From Parasitella parasitica NRRL 2501 (Eukaryota; Fungi; Mucoromycota), in the NCBI GenBank assembly GCA_025201805.1, contig MU619346.1, positions 47,365-102,745 of the forward strand: a stretch of DNA of 55,381 nucleotides. The letters are read 5' to 3'. Below the pieces are notes generated by a model, which searched no databases, was not told the origin of the DNA, and saw only the letters and a program-made list of their open reading frames with translations. Of this stretch, positions 51,035 through 55,381 are shown one piece after another. The stretch's first letter is position 1, and each line of letters opens with the position of its first letter. The position numbers and the translations under genes are program-made.

Positions 51035-53525
51035 ATCACAAAGACCGCAGAAACTGTATCATACTTTTAAAAATAGCCCCATCTTTGATTATTTTTTTGA
51101 GGATGTTTGTCAATATCATTTTCTTCAATTACAAATACTATTTTTATTAAATAAAACACACATGTCTATATTTTTAAAATTGAAGAAAAAAAAATCATGT
51201 ATTCATTTGACAGGAAACTGTCAAAAATGATTTCCAAAACTGATATCGTAACGTTTCCAATTAGCCAACTGTTTATTAGTTAACTGTTATTTATAAACCG
51301 CGTGCTTATGTAACGAAGCTATTTAGCTTCGAAGTTTTCAATACTAGTATCTTTCTGGATTAGATTTTTTATATGCTATATCGGGTTATTTCAAGTAAAT
51401 TCAATTACTTGCTAATTTTGATGAGTACAGACTGAATATAATGCTCTATGTCATCCACTTCAATTCTATTATACATACCTCCACGTGTTCCCGGATTTAA
51501 ACATTGCCTGTTCATATTTGTGATGAAAATACGGCTAATCTTGCGATATTGAACTACTTTTATTTCAAAGTATGTTTGTAGACATTGAGACCCTGCTAGG
51601 ATTATCAACGTATTTGTACTAGAATTTCTCTGCAAGGACATCAGGCACTAGTGTTTGTACTTCTTGGATTAATTTGACGGCCCGTAATGCAACCAAGGAC
51701 AAAATATTGCCATTTGTACTATGTCTTTCTTTTTTTAAATCGATATTTGGTATATAATGTCGCCTTATTAATCCAAGATAGATCAATGAGATCAGATATG
51801 CGACAGGAGCAGACGTAAATGTGTATCGGGTTCTATGATAGGCATCGATATCGGATTTGAAATGTTGCTTTAGTTTGTACCTGAATTCTTGTCATGCCTT
51901 CCCAATATTTGGAAATTTTTTCTACTTGAGCACAAACTTAACCGGTTTAGATAGTTCTAAAAAGTCAAATGCAATTTAGCTTAATTATTTATCAAATCAT
52001 ATGCTGTATTTATATTTGTATGTAAATAAATAAATTTTATAATACACGGTGGATAGAAGCTTGAATTTTATTCCTGTTCTTATCTTTTCTGCAACCTTTT
52101 TTTAATCAAAGTATTGCATACACGATAAATATAGAAAAAAGAGCACTATACTTGGAATGCATAAAAAAGTATTGATGTTACTTGAAAAGTTAATTTACGT
52201 TCATGCAAATGGGAAAAGAATCAAATGTGTGAGCTACAATTTACAAGTTCACATCGATTACAAAAAAAAACCAATGGTTTTTAAAAGTTCAAGATTTCTT
52301 TATTTTTGTTATGTAGTGAAAATTAAGTGGCTCGTTCAAATGTAACGGTGAGATGTTGATAAAAAATATATGGATAGCACTAATGCAAAAATATGCATGT
52401 AATAAACAACAACAATAATCTGCTTGAATATCTCGTATGCACAAGAGGCTCAATGATTTATCAGAAAAGTTCAAATAGAAATTAATCAGGTAAAGATCCG
52501 TTTATTACATTCAAAAATAGAGGGTTTATATACTTTCTATGAACTGAGGGAAGCGATGTGAGGATAAAGGTTTTAGTGATGAGATCCGGGAGATAGGGTA
52601 AATTGTATCTATCCCAAATGTCATGTCATATTATTTTATGATCTGATGTTTTACTCTTCAGTATGAGTTTATATTATATTGACATCCGGTTTTAGAATTG
52701 ATACATCACTCAAGCTAATTTTATATTATCTATATATTTTTTTTCAATGCCCAGTATTCCTTGCGGGGCTAACTATACCATGGCAATAATGATAGATGTT
52801 TGTAAGGTATCATCACTGAGATCGAAAGAACAAAATCTCAATTCTCACACTTTGATTGCAATTAATATTAAACAATTCTTGTCGTTCGTCTTTAATCCTC
52901 TATTTAGATATGCCATAATCAATTAAGAATCAAGAAATATAGGCAGAGGGGTCATTTTGTCTCTGGTAAGGACGGTGGATAACAAGGACAATAGAAGAGG
53001 CATGGTGAGGCAAGCTCCGACAATTTATGAAGTATTCATTTGTGCCTCATTACATTATGGAACCAAATGCTACTAAAAAGCTCTAAGGCCCGCAATGACT
53101 TGCATAAGAACCCAATAATTTTGTCTTTGTGTATAAATAACGAGAATTCTTATCTTATTTCACATCAATTTACCACAAAACACTAAAATAGTATGAATAT
53201 CAATATAGATAAGTCTACAAATAAAATTATCAAATTTCTTCTAACATTTACCTGAAGTGATGTATCAACTCTAATGTTATGTCAAAAGTCTGATAAAATA
53301 AATCTGCCAAAGAATTACCCTTTTATTCATAATACATCTCTCGATGTATTATATACACATTCACTACATTAGGGTTCTACTGTCTAGCTGCATAATGTAA
53401 ATCATGACTACCCATGATTTACTGTAAGACCCTGGAACTGATCTGAGATCCTGATGTGAGACCTTGCCATGTTATTGATATAACAATGTGTCAAATTAAT
53501 CTAATACGGTAGCTGTAGTACGGTA

Positions 53526-54992
53526 CCGGATTTTGGTTTAAATTTCATCAAAAAAAAAATTAAAATTGAGCAAAAGCCATATTTTATTTCGTCAGTTTCC
53601 AAACTTGATTTCGTCAAGATGTAATAATGATGAGCAGTTCGTCATTGAGATGGCACTTTTTCCAATATGTTCTTTTCAGTGTTACCATACCAGTGTTTTT
53701 ATTTAAGAGGATTTGTTCATAGAGTTAATCTCTCTCTTTCTCTACTTTCAACATTAATTTTTAAGCTTACAAAATGGTTACTACCCGCAGAACTTCAAAC
53801 GAAAACATCAATAAGCAAAAGTCTCCCTCAAGAAACCATCATAGGGGTCCAAGAGGAGCATACAAAAAACACTCTCAAGAATTAAGAGATCTGGCTATCC
53901 AATATTGTGATACGATGGGCGATAAGACAATCTCTCAGGCTGCTAGAGAACTGGGTGTCAGTCGCGCTACCCTTAGTTCCCAGGTAAATCTTTACAGGCA
54001 GGAAGGTCGTAGTGAGCCCTTGAAAAGAGGAAGAAGAAAGAGGCAAACTACCAAATTCAATGACGATCATCGGCTGTTTTTACAAAAAACTCTTGACGAG
54101 GATTGCACTCAAACGCTTGAAGTGTTAAGAGAAAAGCTAATGAGCAGCTTTTCTGATCTGGCAGCGAAGAAAATCTCAGTCAGTGGCCTTTGGAGATTTC
54201 TTGTAGAGCACATTGGCTATACTCTAACTCGCGTCAAGCCTGTTGAAGAGCGAAGAAACATAGCCGCCACAATCGAGGCCAGATATGAGTATGTCAACAA
54301 GTTGTTGACAAAAGGCATTGCATACAACAACAATTGTATCTTTGTCGATGAAGCTGGTTTCAATGCCAATTTGGTTCGTGGGGTAGGATACTCTAAGAAA
54401 GGGAGCCAGAGCGTTGTGGTCACGCAATCCAAGAGGGCTGTCAACGTCTCCATTCTTGCAGCCATTTCGTATCATGGCGTTGAAGATGTCTCTGTCAAGA
54501 AGGTCCAAGGAGGTACAACTGGCGAGATCTTCAAGGAGTTTATCCAAGGCATTATGAAGAAATTGGATGACACTGGGGCTGGTTCATACCATTTCGTCAT
54601 GGATAATGCCTCCATCCACAAGGCACCCATGGTAAAAGAGTTGTTCAAGAACTCTCAGCACCAAATGTGCCTTTTGCCACCGTACTCTCCCTTCCTCAAT
54701 CCGGTTGAGGAATGCTGCTTCTCAAAGCTAAAGACTTTAGTCAGAAGAAATCCTGGCATGAGAGGTACTCATGTTTTGGCTGAGCACATAAGGAAGAGTA
54801 CTTATGAAGCATCTGCTGAAAATTGCCAAGGATGGGTCAACCATAGCATGCAATTCTTTTCCCAGTGTACTGAAAAAAACGAGATTTATTAAAATCATAA
54901 TTTGACGAAATCAAGTTTGGAAACTGACGAAATAAAATATGGCTTTTGCTCAATTTTAATTTTTTTTTGATGAAATTTAAACCAAAATCCGG
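53526..54992 (+). mobile_element. Full-length Tc1/IS630-like DNA transposon (1467 bp) with 92/91-bp TIRs and flanking TA
   Basis: TIRs 53526-53617 and 54902-54992 are identical except for one base in a homopolymer; TA at 53524-53525 and 54993-54994; encloses an intact ORF. Confidence 0.93.
53774..54892 (+). CDS. DD34E transposase (Tc1/mariner-IS630 superfamily), 372 aa
   Basis: N-terminal HTH (ISQAARELGVSRATL), FVDEAGF, VMDNASIH, LPPYSPFLNPVE with 34 residues between the second D and the E. Confidence 0.95.
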   Translation: MVTTRRTSNENINKQKSPSRNHHRGPRGAYKKHSQELRDLAIQYCDTMGDKTISQAARELGVSRATLSSQVNLYRQEGRSEPLKRGRRKRQTTKFNDDHRLFLQKTLDEDCTQTLEVLREKLMSSFSDLAAKKISVSGLWRFLVEHIGYTLTRVKPVEERRNIAATIEARYEYVNKLLTKGIAYNNNCIFVDEAGFNANLVRGVGYSKKGSQSVVVTQSKRAVNVSILAAISYHGVEDVSVKKVQGGTTGEIFKEFIQGIMKKLDDTGAGSYHFVMDNASIHKAPMVKELFKNSQHQMCLLPPYSPFLNPVEECCFSKLKTLVRRNPGMRGTHVLAEHIRKSTYEASAENCQGWVNHSMQFFSQCTEKNEIY

Positions 54993-54994
54993 TA

Positions 54995-55381
54995 CCGGAT
55001 TTTGATTTCAAAATAGTGACATTTAAATTTTTTCAGTTGTTTTACAATTTCAATTTAGTGATTTTACTGATTTAACTTAGTGGATAATGGGTTGATAGTA
55101 CAAATAAAATTTATCTTTATTCTTTAATTGATTTCTTTGGAGGCAAGACAATCAGAAAAAAAGCTGATGCTGTGCCTTACCCAACTCTCGCAATCTTTTC
55201 TGGTAATCTCTCTACTGCAATCTCCAATATACTGCAAAAACTCATTGTTGCCTAAGCCTGGCTTTCTTTTTGTCAAAGTTTTGAGCTTTGAGAAGCTTTC
55301 TTCGATTGGGTTCAAAAAAGGTGAATATGGAGGCAAGAAGTGTATTTTATGCCTTGTTGTCTGGATGTAATTTTTGACTTC
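54995..55381 (-). mobile_element. 3' end of a second, related Tc1/IS630-like transposon, truncated by the window edge
   Basis: Begins CCGGATTTTG like the first element; transposase C-terminus PPYSPFLNPIEESFSKLK...CESWVRHSISFFSDCL..EIN* ends at 55124. Confidence 0.88.

Noticed and set aside
51250-53500. AT-rich stretch with short ORFs and vague Helitron-like words
   Set aside because: No motif or paired termini I could support; probably decayed repeat DNA but unassignable by eye.

Overview
Gene-dense eukaryotic DNA with many short (about 50-90 nt) spliceosomal introns, most consistent with a Mucoromycota (Mucorales-like) fungus; the taxon is inferred, not shown. It holds about 18 recognisable housekeeping genes: a DUF2458-like protein, a GH5 EGCrP-type glucosidase, EXO70, UTP10, RPS13, an A20/AN1 zinc finger, SMN, PEP7/VAC1, NDOR1/TAH18, TUP1, acetyl-CoA synthetase, S1P lyase, mitochondrial bL21, SMU1, LHS1/HYOU1, an ACOT9-like thioesterase, xylose reductase and OTC. 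The most interesting locus is UTP10-RPS13. The single RPS13 intron has U12 (minor spliceosome) signals and also contains a U2-type branch point, six GGG tracts and a UUCG-capped hairpin, which suggests a regulatory switch. Just downstream, an apparently non-coding intron hosts a box C/D snoRNA matching the 25S Um2729 site. Accessory DNA includes a decayed Fanzor (eukaryotic TnpB-like) nuclease gene, decayed nuclease-like gene remnants, and two tail-to-tail Tc1/IS630-like DD34E transposons sharing one TA next to apparent TACGGTA excision footprints. Exon boundaries were read by eye and family calls rest on recalled motifs; no searches were run.
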